64,000 nucleotides of DNA from an uncultured bacterium. Its GTDB lineage: Bacteria; Patescibacteriota; JAHJAL01. Below, piece by piece: positions 41,301 to 49,840 of the stretch. Where the stretch lies: positions 2,457 to 66,456 of the forward strand of contig CALKWM010000013.1 in NCBI GenBank assembly GCA_938004065.1, in the 5' to 3' direction. Numbering within the stretch: the stretch's first letter is position 1; every line of letters starts with the position of its first letter. The position numbers and the translations under genes were made by a program. Below the pieces are notes generated by a model, which did no database searches, was not told where the DNA came from, and saw only the letters and a program-made list of their open reading frames with translations.

Positions 41301-44012
41301 GAATATTTTTGACAAATCCTCGGTTTCCATGAGTTGCATGGCGGAGTTTAGCGAGAAGTCTTGGCCTTGTGAAATTGCGGTGGTTAACGCTTGATTGATG
41401 CGTTGATTGTCAGTTACGTCAGACAATAGACTGCTGGTTAAAGACATGGCGGTGTTTTTGGGGTTTTTGATATCAAAGATGAAATTTGTCGGCAGGCCTT
41501 CAATTTTGGCCAAGCCATGTTGTCCCAATTTATTGGCGATGCCGATAAACCCTTCACCGGAAAAACTATCCAAATCAAGGATCCCGTCCGGCCATCCCAA
41601 TACATTTGAATTCAGTTCTTTTAGGCCCAAATTGGCGAAAGCCAGCCCCATGGCTTCGGGGTTGTCGCCATTTTGGATAGCGATGTTCATGGCTTCCTGC
41701 AGTTTGGGAGGTAGGTTGAGATTGGGGGTAAAATTTAAAGCTGATAGGGCGGCGTCTTTGAAATCACCGGACATCATAGCGGAGATGATGGGTGTGAAAG
41801 AGCCAAATTCCAGTCCAAGTTGCTCGTCGAGGTAGTTGCCGGTAATGGATGTGATTAGTGCTTCGGGGTTGGGATTTAACCAATTGACGCTAGAAGAAAA
41901 ACCATCGGGTAGTCCCAGTTTGCCAAATACTTTTTCATCAAGCCACTGGTTGCCCATTTCGCTCATGAAGTTTTCAAATCCACCTTGGGCCAGTTTGGCG
42001 ACATCGAAATTTTTAAAACCGGAATTAAATAACTGTTCGATGGCTCCTTGGGCAAGACCTTTGAGCATATTGGTAATACTGAAACCATTTTCCGGATCAA
42101 ATGGTAGCGCTTGGTCGAGAGCGGCACCGGCCAGATCGGAGGCGATTGAACCGTAGTCTTCGTTTTGCCATTTGACTTTCACTCCCATGGTATTGGGATT
42201 GGCGGAGTCGAGTATGGGAGGACAACATGGTTGGCAAAGAGTTCCCCAGAAGATAGGTGCGGTGCAAAGGAGCATGCATATCGCTGAATTGCGATAGATA
42301 TTCCAAAAAGGAACATTGTTTTCGGTAGCGGCACCGAGACTGTATTGAGATGCGGCCATGGGACCGGCAACTGTCATCAGGTAGGCGCTAATTAATGAAT
42401 CTACAACAGCGGTGATGGATTTGCAAGAGACTATATCGCCACAGGCGGAACAGTCAGTGGATTCGTTGTATAATCCGATTTCGGAGATATCAACCGCTTT
42501 GAGGTCATAGTGAGGATTGACAACTTCCAATTCGTCTTCACCTATTTCATCGGAAGCGTATGGTGCGTTTAAACCCAGCCAGATTTTGAGGTGGGCTCGG
42601 TCTTTGTAGGGAACACCGAGATTGTCAATGTTGCCGGTCATGACATCAAAAACAAAATAAGTGGCACTGACTATTCCGCAGAGGTTGGCGGGGTTATCAC
42701 ATTTTTCCGGACTGTTTTCGATGTTTTTGCCACAGGCGGTTTTGATGGCCCCCGGGGTAGTGGCGTCTTGGATGACTTTGTCAGCTAGGTACCTTTCGTA
42801 AGTTTCGCCGTTCATTTCCATAGTTTGGAAGACGTGGTAAAGCAGGTAGTAGATTCTTTCGTCAACCTGAATGCCTTGTTTGTAGTAGCTGTTGAATTCG
42901 GCGATGGTTTGGGGCAACAATACTTTTACTTCCGCCGGGTTTTCAAATTCAAGTGGGGGTGGAAAAAATTCTTGGGTAGGCGGGTTGCCACTTTTTGGTT
43001 CAGGAATGTTATTGATTTCATTTTGAAGTTGTTGAAATTCCGGGCTGTTGGTATCCGGATTTTCAAAATATGGAGCTATTGAATCGTTGTTGATCGTTTG
43101 AGGATTGTTTTCGGGAGGATTTAGTTCGGGCGCGGGTGGAGTGCTGAGAGAGGCATAGGTTTTGGTTATGCCCAGATATTGGGCGAGTTTATTGTTGCCA
43201 TTGGTCGAAGTGGTAGATGGTTCGGTAGTAAAATTGTTTTGCAAAATTTGTCGTGAAGTATCGGTATTGAAAGCGATATTTATGTCGGGGTTATCAACTC
43301 GAGCGTCGTTGTTTTGCTGGGGATCTGAACCTTTGAGAGCGTTGGGGCCGGGAGGGCAGGCGATTAGTCCTTCGCCGATAGCTTTGGAAATAAATTCTTT
43401 GTGGGAAAGCATATCACCATTTATTTCGGCGCCAATTTCGGCTTTGATCATTAGGCATTCGAATACTTGGTTGAAATTGAAAAGCTCGGCCAGATTTTGT
43501 GATTGCTCCAAATAGTGGTCGTAGATATGTTGAGCCCAGGCGTCTTCATTGCTATTGTAATCATTTTTACTGAGATTTTTGATCTCATCAACTTTGGCTT
43601 TGGCTTTGGTAAAAATTTCGTTATTTAAATCGATAACTCTTTGAGTTTCGATCAAGGTATCAACTTTTTCGATTTCATCGTAAACGACAGTATTTAAGTT
43701 TTCTTCCAAAGTTTGGATTTCTTTGGCCCAGTCGCGGAATTTGTCGGTAATGTTGGGAGTTTCGATTTCGTCTTGGATGATATCCAGACTGTTGATGATG
43801 GTGTCGTTGGCAGAGAATTGATCGATAGTAGTGTTCTGATTGATTTCTTCCAAAAAAGGGTTAAGGTTAGGATCAATGTCATGGGAATTTGGTACCGGCG
43901 GGGTTGCGTGAACCGGTGTAAATTTCAGTTGGGGATTGGCATATGGCGAAATGGCGGCGATGAAGCAGACGAGAATCAGTTTGATGATGATTTTTTTGTT
44001 GATTGGATTCAT
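38334..44012 (-). CDS. Giant secreted hypothetical protein (1892 aa)
   Basis: Uninterrupted ORF; signal peptide; Cys-rich segment; long Gly/Asn-rich helical regions. Confidence 0.85.
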   Translation of the reverse strand: MNPINKKIIIKLILVCFIAAISPYANPQLKFTPVHATPPVPNSHDIDPNLNPFLEEINQNTTIDQFSANDTIINSLDIIQDEIETPNITDKFRDWAKEIQTLEENLNTVVYDEIEKVDTLIETQRVIDLNNEIFTKAKAKVDEIKNLSKNDYNSNEDAWAQHIYDHYLEQSQNLAELFNFNQVFECLMIKAEIGAEINGDMLSHKEFISKAIGEGLIACPPGPNALKGSDPQQNNDARVDNPDINIAFNTDTSRQILQNNFTTEPSTTSTNGNNKLAQYLGITKTYASLSTPPAPELNPPENNPQTINNDSIAPYFENPDTNSPEFQQLQNEINNIPEPKSGNPPTQEFFPPPLEFENPAEVKVLLPQTIAEFNSYYKQGIQVDERIYYLLYHVFQTMEMNGETYERYLADKVIQDATTPGAIKTACGKNIENSPEKCDNPANLCGIVSATYFVFDVMTGNIDNLGVPYKDRAHLKIWLGLNAPYASDEIGEDELEVVNPHYDLKAVDISEIGLYNESTDCSACGDIVSCKSITAVVDSLISAYLMTVAGPMAASQYSLGAATENNVPFWNIYRNSAICMLLCTAPIFWGTLCQPCCPPILDSANPNTMGVKVKWQNEDYGSIASDLAGAALDQALPFDPENGFSITNMLKGLAQGAIEQLFNSGFKNFDVAKLAQGGFENFMSEMGNQWLDEKVFGKLGLPDGFSSSVNWLNPNPEALITSITGNYLDEQLGLEFGSFTPIISAMMSGDFKDAALSALNFTPNLNLPPKLQEAMNIAIQNGDNPEAMGLAFANLGLKELNSNVLGWPDGILDLDSFSGEGFIGIANKLGQHGLAKIEGLPTNFIFDIKNPKNTAMSLTSSLLSDVTDNQRINQALTTAISQGQDFSLNSAMQLMETEDLSKIFAINTEDAQFIKDFVDNPTSMPFVTFKNTLLNKIDFEQAALKNINFTPESLELLVDYGLNPAYSGDNAQAGQLMMAAISNSIKLDKFGIDLNKTDIEKLAYLQDYIQIVNNLPESTNPAFNNYSPYGYGYNPYAYSPELQKLSQDYSTKFGNSEPITQFHDRIVSTIDQSISDPNSDSAKAKNEISYLVAPIKISFSERVKKDELSQIDYIDTTTKPGQNGASDTQFQGVLRSLNVDLNSLEIVHSTTFEQKNNALLSPDQNTTNPDYFSSYGGTSFPSPINATYSEYFEPGEIYYAYPKVDLAEIALPGIRGNNNYHSQTGNFKLLSTTTNIIKYAQEKPIVITPITSNNQQIPGINQNLPSNIYNRITPTLPNTTSGFSQIQNILSQDPLKTAFLEKHQFSYQLPDSTYATFDNNAFLGGSGTIYNTLNSIGKSDNQAKENLSNLGVTVIAASMTGIDIASMFTDVSDQAILENKLTQLTNAMGIVKSWQTGDIETGIKSMTGFLKDNGVFDNLSNNSTWNIGPDGNIAINGVDPLKIYSDIESGNYFALLEDIPLIQDKFNINNEIRDAIGTGPEQLLDLVQNFSPQKASDTVMEIMANKITSESGLEKLAVVQELTNTLGVPPDPKNIPKLLQSDFIQKNVLQDIDPGTLGDISSIYGLVASGDITPQKAVSTIMTANFFQDAIGKEEFQSFMSDYGGIVNAALSGDPQAIANSILSSPKVADKITEWLESSELGDYFDIGGIQNLMNGDIDGFIKQTSMKFLDKHLLSKLDGPLGGLMSNSIMSILNGEFPTEAIMQFASQYLIKEFLKADVSILTNLGASFDMGLGFNVANIGIGFVGSWVNNPVAGFVFTKCKKKIAQDNIIHFLDMVLTFDRNKTAHLKYNIIMENENGEIVEAADENGFPINNPEMTNNPREYIKNYYPLQIFSDFASTIQDKIAPKSKEKFDFVWYEDRFDVLNIFVKKCEDRQNPFLTNCEDAVHIGF

Positions 44013-44015
44013 ATA

Positions 44016-44471
44016 TCAAGCATTGGTTTGTTCGATTAATGTTTTTTGATTGGTTTCGGGCAAGGAAGCGTACCAGTCAATTTGAATGTCGGAGATGAGA
44101 GTGCCTTTGGTTACAATCCAATTTAAGATTTCGTTTTTGGTTTCGGCGTATTGAGTATCGAGGTTTAAGTCGGTGGGGTTTTTGGCAGTCAGATAGATGT
44201 CGATTTTGGAGATGGACTGGCCACTAGGAAAAATAGAGTATTCGAAGTATTCATTGTCGGCAAAATACGGCAGGTCTTTTTGGATTGAGTATTGGGGGTA
44301 CTCGGTGTCGATAATTTGGTTGAATGTGATTTGACTGTTGGCAAAATAATTGTCCGGCAAGATATATAGTTGCTCGACTTTTGTTTGTTGTCGATAGATA
44401 AAAACGATGATAATTGCGATAGGGATGGCAATGGCTAAATATTTAATGATTTTTTGTTTTAATATTGGCAT
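44016..44471 (-). CDS. Membrane-anchored hypothetical protein
   Basis: N-terminal TM; only 3-5 nt from each neighbour. Confidence 0.75.
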   Translation of the reverse strand: MPILKQKIIKYLAIAIPIAIIIVFIYRQQTKVEQLYILPDNYFANSQITFNQIIDTEYPQYSIQKDLPYFADNEYFEYSIFPSGQSISKIDIYLTAKNPTDLNLDTQYAETKNEILNWIVTKGTLISDIQIDWYASLPETNQKTLIEQTNA

Positions 44472-44476
44472 AAGGA

Positions 44477-45877
44477 TTATTTTTTATTGGCGTAATATAA
44501 TATTGTGTTGGAATAACCTCTATTAGCGTCACCAAACTCGGCTAGTTCCAAATCGGACCAGGAGATTTTGGTACGATTGCGATTGCCCGGATCGTTGAGG
44601 ATTACTCCTTCTTGATCATACCCGACGGCAACGACAAAATGGCTGGGACCACCGGATGACAAATTGGGACCGCCACCAAGGACTACCGGTATTCCTTTGT
44701 CCAAATAAGTGGTAATGGTCTTTTGTTGTTGACTGAAATCAAAAACGAATTGATTTTCTTCAACGATAATATCCGGGTATTCGCTGTGGATGTTTTGGGC
44801 AGTAACTGTGATACCGGTTAAACTGCATACAGATGTTGGGTCAACGTCTTTGCCCATAAATTTTAGTACCATAGCAAGAGAGGTGCAGTAACAGCCGGCT
44901 TTTTGGATATCGGCACTGTAATCACCTTGATTAAAATACCACTCACGCGGTTTGTCCAGTGATTTGGCACCGGAGGGTGTGTCGTATGTTGGTGTTACTG
45001 CTTCGGCTTGGGTGGAAATATCGGTTGGGTAGTGTTTGTTGCCACTGCCCATGCCACCCATAGCTAGAAAAAGGACAACAATTAGAAAAATTATGATGAC
45101 GATAATGATGATGATCAAAATAACTACTACTACCGGCCAACCAACCGCGGCAGCGCCTCCGGCGGCAGCGGCAGTTCCACCAGCGGCAGCGGCAGCTCCG
45201 CCCGCTGCAGCGGCACCTCCACCAGCGGCGGCCACGGTTCCACCGGCAGCAGCTGTACCGGCACCGGCTGCTCCCGCTCCCGCGGCTCCGGCACCGGCTC
45301 CGGTTGCACCAGCAGTGCCAGCACCAGTTGCTCCCGTGCCTGCTCCGGCACCGGCTGACGGACCACCCGGTGGCATTTTGCCGGTAGGTGTTTTTGGGGA
45401 TTGCGTGCCCGGCTGACCGGGTTTTTGACCGGAACCGGGTTTGTCCGGTTGCTTGTTTTTGTCGGCATCTTCGCGATTAATCTTGCGGTTTTTGTCCGGT
45501 TGGGATTTGTCCTGGTCGGTGTCTTGTTTGTCTTTATCTTTGTCCTGTTTTTTGTCTTTATCCTTGTCTTGATCTTTTTCTTTGTCCTTGTCTTTATCCT
45601 GATCCTGATCTTTATCTTTATCTTTATCCTTTTCTTTTTCTTTGTCTTGATCCTGATCTTTTTCTTTGTCAGGTTCCTGGTCGGGTTTTTTTTCCGGAGA
45701 TGGTTGTTCCGGACTACTGGTACTTTGTGGTGAAGTGTCGGGTTGGCGGTCAAGATTGATTGATTGCGGTTCTGATCCACCGGCTGATGACGATTGTCCG
45801 CCACCTGGTGTGGAGGTACCGGATATATTTATCTCAATGTCTTTTTTTTCGATATCTTCGCGTTTGAATTTGGCCAT
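44477..45877 (-). CDS. Membrane protein with DK-repeat region, Gly/Ala-rich segment and C-terminal C39-like peptidase
   Basis: YFNQ..AGCYCTSLAMV..SHFVVAVGY..LNDP catalytic C/H/D pattern; 28-residue hydrophobic TM. Confidence 0.8.
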   Translation of the reverse strand: MAKFKREDIEKKDIEINISGTSTPGGGQSSSAGGSEPQSINLDRQPDTSPQSTSSPEQPSPEKKPDQEPDKEKDQDQDKEKEKDKDKDKDQDQDKDKDKEKDQDKDKDKKQDKDKDKQDTDQDKSQPDKNRKINREDADKNKQPDKPGSGQKPGQPGTQSPKTPTGKMPPGGPSAGAGAGTGATGAGTAGATGAGAGAAGAGAAGAGTAAAGGTVAAAGGGAAAAGGAAAAAGGTAAAAGGAAAVGWPVVVVILIIIIIVIIIFLIVVLFLAMGGMGSGNKHYPTDISTQAEAVTPTYDTPSGAKSLDKPREWYFNQGDYSADIQKAGCYCTSLAMVLKFMGKDVDPTSVCSLTGITVTAQNIHSEYPDIIVEENQFVFDFSQQQKTITTYLDKGIPVVLGGGPNLSSGGPSHFVVAVGYDQEGVILNDPGNRNRTKISWSDLELAEFGDANRGYSNTILYYANKK

Positions 45878-45952
45878 AAAAAATATTGCAATAAGATTTA
45901 ATTATAGCAATATTTTTTAGAGAAAATACAGTGGGAAAATGGTTAATATTTT

Positions 45953-46055
45953 GATAATTTCTAGTTAATATTTTTTTAATATAAATTTGGATATGGTGAG
46001 AGAGTGAATGTAATTGTGATAAGGGGGTGAAATTTAAAAAAAATGTTAAGAAAAT
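45953..46055 (+). repeat. 103-bp duplicated leader/promoter, copy A
   Basis: Ungapped match to 47043-47145 (offset 1090), 8 mismatches by hand count. Confidence 0.9.
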
Positions 46056-46076
46056 TTACGAAAGGTGTGATAAATA

Positions 46077-46961
46077 ATGAACAGATTGGTTTGGATAATG
46101 ATGATAATGTGGTTATTGTGTAGTATAGCGAATGCCGAGATGATTACAAATCTGGTAGGAATTGTGGACAAAGATTTGTATTTTCTGAAGCTTGATTACA
46201 AAAATTTCGTGATTGATTTTAATCATAAAATTTTAATGCAAGAGCCAATGCTGAAGGTGGAATTTTCTACTAAAAGGAATGGAGAGGTGCTGGTATTTTT
46301 TGGTTCTGATGGTAAGTGCAATAAAGTATGTTTATATAGTAATAGTGGTGAAGAATTGAAGGAGGTGAGTAATGATTGTGATACTTTGTTTGTGAGAGAC
46401 ATGATTTCGGATGGGAATTATGTTATTGGTAGTAATGCCAATATGGGGCAAGTGATTAAAAACAATAAAATAATTTGTGAGCTTGGCAGAGCAAATTATT
46501 TCGGAATAAATGGTGATTGGGTATATTATGCCAGAAGTACTGATAGAGGAACTGCTTTTCCCATGTATAAATTGAATTTGATTTCCCGAGAAAAAATAAA
46601 ATTAGCTGATAAACTTTATGTGTTCGGTGGGTTGGAAATATTTAACCCATTCGAAATATATTATGAAAATTGTTATGGCGAGGGTGGAAATGTGGTAAAC
46701 CGGATGTGGGCTGAAAATGGTGTATATAGAGAAGAGCGTTTGATTGATGGGTATTTGATAAGACATATCGAAGGATTTAACAAGGAATATGTTTTTACTT
46801 TCGGAAATATAGTGCACAAAGATGATTGGAAGGACGATTGGATATGCGGAGGGGTGCCAAAATTATTTAGATTGAGTGATAATAAAATAATTGAATGTGA
46901 GAGTAATGTGGATGAAATAGAAAATATGGGTGATAAAATTTTCAATTTTGATTTGTTATAA
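46077..46961 (+). CDS. Secreted hypothetical protein (beta-rich, possibly propeller)
   Basis: Signal peptide ending ANA; SD-like GAAAGGTG. Confidence 0.75.
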   Translation: MNRLVWIMMIMWLLCSIANAEMITNLVGIVDKDLYFLKLDYKNFVIDFNHKILMQEPMLKVEFSTKRNGEVLVFFGSDGKCNKVCLYSNSGEELKEVSNDCDTLFVRDMISDGNYVIGSNANMGQVIKNNKIICELGRANYFGINGDWVYYARSTDRGTAFPMYKLNLISREKIKLADKLYVFGGLEIFNPFEIYYENCYGEGGNVVNRMWAENGVYREERLIDGYLIRHIEGFNKEYVFTFGNIVHKDDWKDDWICGGVPKLFRLSDNKIIECESNVDEIENMGDKIFNFDLL

Positions 46962-47042
46962 AATAAAAATTGATGGAAGATCACTAAATACGAATTTAGG
47001 ATCTTTTTTTTCGTCAAAAAGATAGTTTAGGTTTAATGTCTA

Positions 47043-47145
47043 GATAATTTCTGGTTAATATTTTATTAATAATAATTTGGATATGGTGAGAGGGTGAATG
47101 AAAATGTGATGAGGGGGTGAAATTTAAAAAAAATGTTAAGAAAAT
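47043..47145 (+). repeat. 103-bp duplicated leader/promoter, copy B
   Basis: See copy A. Confidence 0.9.
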
Positions 47146-47169
47146 ACTTGTGAAAGGAAGTGGAGCGAA

Positions 47170-48237
47170 TTGAAAAAATTAGTTTTTTTGTTGCTAATGG
47201 TAGTTTTTTGCAGTCAAATGGTGTTAGCCGGGGACAAGGTGATTTTTATTAGATCTTCGTCAATGTTGGAAAGTCAGATAATAATTGTTGATCTGTCAGA
47301 ACAAAGTTCTCAGATATATGCAGATGGTTTTAGCAAATTTAGTTATGGTATTTCTTATGATGGTGATTGTTATGTATTGAGCCGGGATGGTAAATTGTTC
47401 TGGTATGGATTTGATGGGATGGAAAAGCAATTAACCTTTAATGCCGTGCCTTGCGAAAGCACCGGTTCGGATGCAGGTCTGTCATTAACCAGTGAGGCCA
47501 ATATAATGCCGGTTTTGAATGCCGGAGGAAAAAAGCTTGTTTTTTTGAAGACCAAATTGATTTCAAGGCCGTTAATTTATGGTGCTGTGTGTTACATGTC
47601 CGACATAAATTCGTCCTCAGTTAGTTTGCGTACCGGGGGATATACTACGCCGGTATGGTTAAATGATGGTTGTATTCTGGCGGCCAAGGTGGAACATTAT
47701 AACAAGGCGGAGTATCATTGTGAGGAGATTTATAGTGTGCCGAGGTTATTGTATTTGGATGGCCGAGATGATGTGAAAATTGCCAATGAAGAAGTGATGG
47801 CCAAGGGGCGAATATTGACAAAATTTTCATCCGAGTCTTCAAATGGAAAACAATTCTTTTTTAAAAAAGAACGATATGTTCGTATAAATGATAATGAATG
47901 GGATGAAAAATATCAGATAGTATTGATGAATGCCGGGGATCTATCTTTTGTAAAAGAATTTACAGGGGCGACTGATGGGGCGTGGTGTGGTGATAAGTTG
48001 ATTCTGGTCAACAAAGACGGGCGCGGAGACAATGTGGGAGTATATAACAGCAAGGGAGAGGTGATTAAAAAACATCGTTTTGGTCATTGCGGGGTACATG
48101 AAGAGATTTATGATATTGTGGGTGTAAATGGGAACAAGATATACATCCATGATGGTGGGGATCATATGTATGTTTTTGATGTGGAAAAAGGGAAAGAAGA
48201 AGTGATTAACCTCTATGGGTATTATATGGGGAGGTAA
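47170..48237 (+). CDS. Secreted TolB-like/beta-propeller hypothetical protein
   Basis: Signal peptide ending VLA; WD40/PD40-like motifs (KQLT, PVLNAGGKKLVF, TPVWLNDG); TTG start. Confidence 0.7.
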   Translation: MKKLVFLLLMVVFCSQMVLAGDKVIFIRSSSMLESQIIIVDLSEQSSQIYADGFSKFSYGISYDGDCYVLSRDGKLFWYGFDGMEKQLTFNAVPCESTGSDAGLSLTSEANIMPVLNAGGKKLVFLKTKLISRPLIYGAVCYMSDINSSSVSLRTGGYTTPVWLNDGCILAAKVEHYNKAEYHCEEIYSVPRLLYLDGRDDVKIANEEVMAKGRILTKFSSESSNGKQFFFKKERYVRINDNEWDEKYQIVLMNAGDLSFVKEFTGATDGAWCGDKLILVNKDGRGDNVGVYNSKGEVIKKHRFGHCGVHEEIYDIVGVNGNKIYIHDGGDHMYVFDVEKGKEEVINLYGYYMGR

Positions 48238-48252
48238 AAAAGGAAAATAAAT

Positions 48253-48281
48253 AATCCGCCGGTTTATCAATCGGCGGATTT
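48253..48281. terminator. Bidirectional terminator
   Basis: AATCCGCCG...CGGCGGATT between convergent genes. Confidence 0.7.
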
Positions 48282-48315
48282 GAATGTGTATTGTTATGTT
48301 TTTGTCGATAGTCAA

Positions 48316-49824
48316 TTAGTGATCTTTTTTTAGTGTATATAAGTAGTTTTCCATATCAGTGAAGTAGAGGGTAAATGATGATGGGTCGAAAGCTAGAGAA
48401 TCAATACTGTTTGCACCTTGTTGCTTTTGATCGAAATTGGTGGAGAATATTGTATCATTTTGAATGCTATCTGATTTGCGTGATGTATCAAAATAATAAA
48501 ATTGGTCGGTACTGTTGGGATAATCGCCTGGTGTAATTGTAGGGAGATATGTTGGGATAGCTAAGATAAATTCTGTATTAGATATCCAAGTTAGTTTTTT
48601 GATAAATGATTTGATCAAAAGTGGTCTGAAATATATATCATTGTTGTCATTTTTTCGAATAAACTCAATTGAAGGCAATCCTTTGTTATCTATTATTTCG
48701 GCGAGTAGTGTTTCATTATCAGGAGACCAGCTAATATCTGTAATGGTTCTGATTGCTGGAATTTCTTCAATCAAGTTGTTTTCAAAATGAAAAATAAATG
48801 CAGTATGATCTTGCGAAATAATCGCAAGTTTGGTGTTGTCGGTTGTAATTTTTATTTCTGGATTAAGAATTTTTGATGGTAGCTTATAAATATTTTGCCA
48901 TTGACTGCCATCGGGATTGGCTATCGTTAAACTATTGTGGTTTTCTCCTTCTGTGTAAACAGGAGCCCATCCTCTGCCACCACTAGGCATATCTGGATCG
49001 GGAATTGATTTTTCATCGATTGTTTGGTTTTGGAATATATAATATATTTTTTCAGAGTCTTTTGACCAGGCAATTTTGTCTGAAGGAATTGTTGAGTTAA
49101 TTATTTTTTGGGTAACTATGTCGAGGTAATATTTTTTTTCTAAAGTTTCATCGTTTTCGGTGCCGTTAAAGATAACTTTATTAAAATTTGGCGACCATAA
49201 AATATCTTTGATATTTTTGAATTCATTTGTTTCAAAAATTATTGTTTCTTGGTTGTTTTCAATTTTTTTGAATTGAAATTTATTTGAAAATGAACTATTT
49301 GCTTCGTCGAAGATGGTAATCTGTTCGATATAATGGGGTGTATTATTTATAGAATTATTTTGTAGCCCAATAACAATATTTTGGGTTTTTTCTTTGATTG
49401 AAGGAATTAGGTTGGCATCTATATTGGTAGTTTGCCAGAAATAAACAATGAAATCCTTTTGAAAATCAAGGTAGTTTTCTTTTTTAATTACTAAACTATA
49501 GTTGCCTGGTGGTAAAGATAAAAAGGTGCTTTGAGTTTGACTATAAAATTCAATTTTTGAATCTAAAAATGGACAATTAGAATAACCTTCTTGGTGAACA
49601 ATATCTGCGGTATTGCATATATAAGCTTTGGTTGATGACTGGTTGGAATGAATTAATAATTTTCCTTTATTTATTAAAGGCCAAGTAATTAATATTCCAA
49701 TAACTAGAATAATAATTCCTGCAGAAATATAAAGATAATTTTTCTTGAAAAATTCGATAATATTGGATTTTTTTTCTTTAGTATTAGAAGAGATATTGTC
49801 TGGTTGTAGGTTTAGTTTTTTCAT
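48316..49824 (-). CDS. Membrane-anchored PEGA-domain plus TolB-like propeller protein
   Basis: TM; LPPGNYSLVIKKENY (PEGA); WSPNFNKVIF, AWSKDSEKIYY, SWSPDNETL repeats; start chosen at MKKLNL. Confidence 0.75.
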   Translation of the reverse strand: MKKLNLQPDNISSNTKEKKSNIIEFFKKNYLYISAGIIILVIGILITWPLINKGKLLIHSNQSSTKAYICNTADIVHQEGYSNCPFLDSKIEFYSQTQSTFLSLPPGNYSLVIKKENYLDFQKDFIVYFWQTTNIDANLIPSIKEKTQNIVIGLQNNSINNTPHYIEQITIFDEANSSFSNKFQFKKIENNQETIIFETNEFKNIKDILWSPNFNKVIFNGTENDETLEKKYYLDIVTQKIINSTIPSDKIAWSKDSEKIYYIFQNQTIDEKSIPDPDMPSGGRGWAPVYTEGENHNSLTIANPDGSQWQNIYKLPSKILNPEIKITTDNTKLAIISQDHTAFIFHFENNLIEEIPAIRTITDISWSPDNETLLAEIIDNKGLPSIEFIRKNDNNDIYFRPLLIKSFIKKLTWISNTEFILAIPTYLPTITPGDYPNSTDQFYYFDTSRKSDSIQNDTIFSTNFDQKQQGANSIDSLAFDPSSFTLYFTDMENYLYTLKKDH

Positions 49825-49840
49825 TATTTTTATAAATGGA

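Noticed and set aside
45036-45920. Pro/Ala-rich, Lys/Ile-rich and Phe/Ile-rich alternative-frame ORFs
   Set aside because: Shadows of the low-complexity region of the 44477-45877 gene
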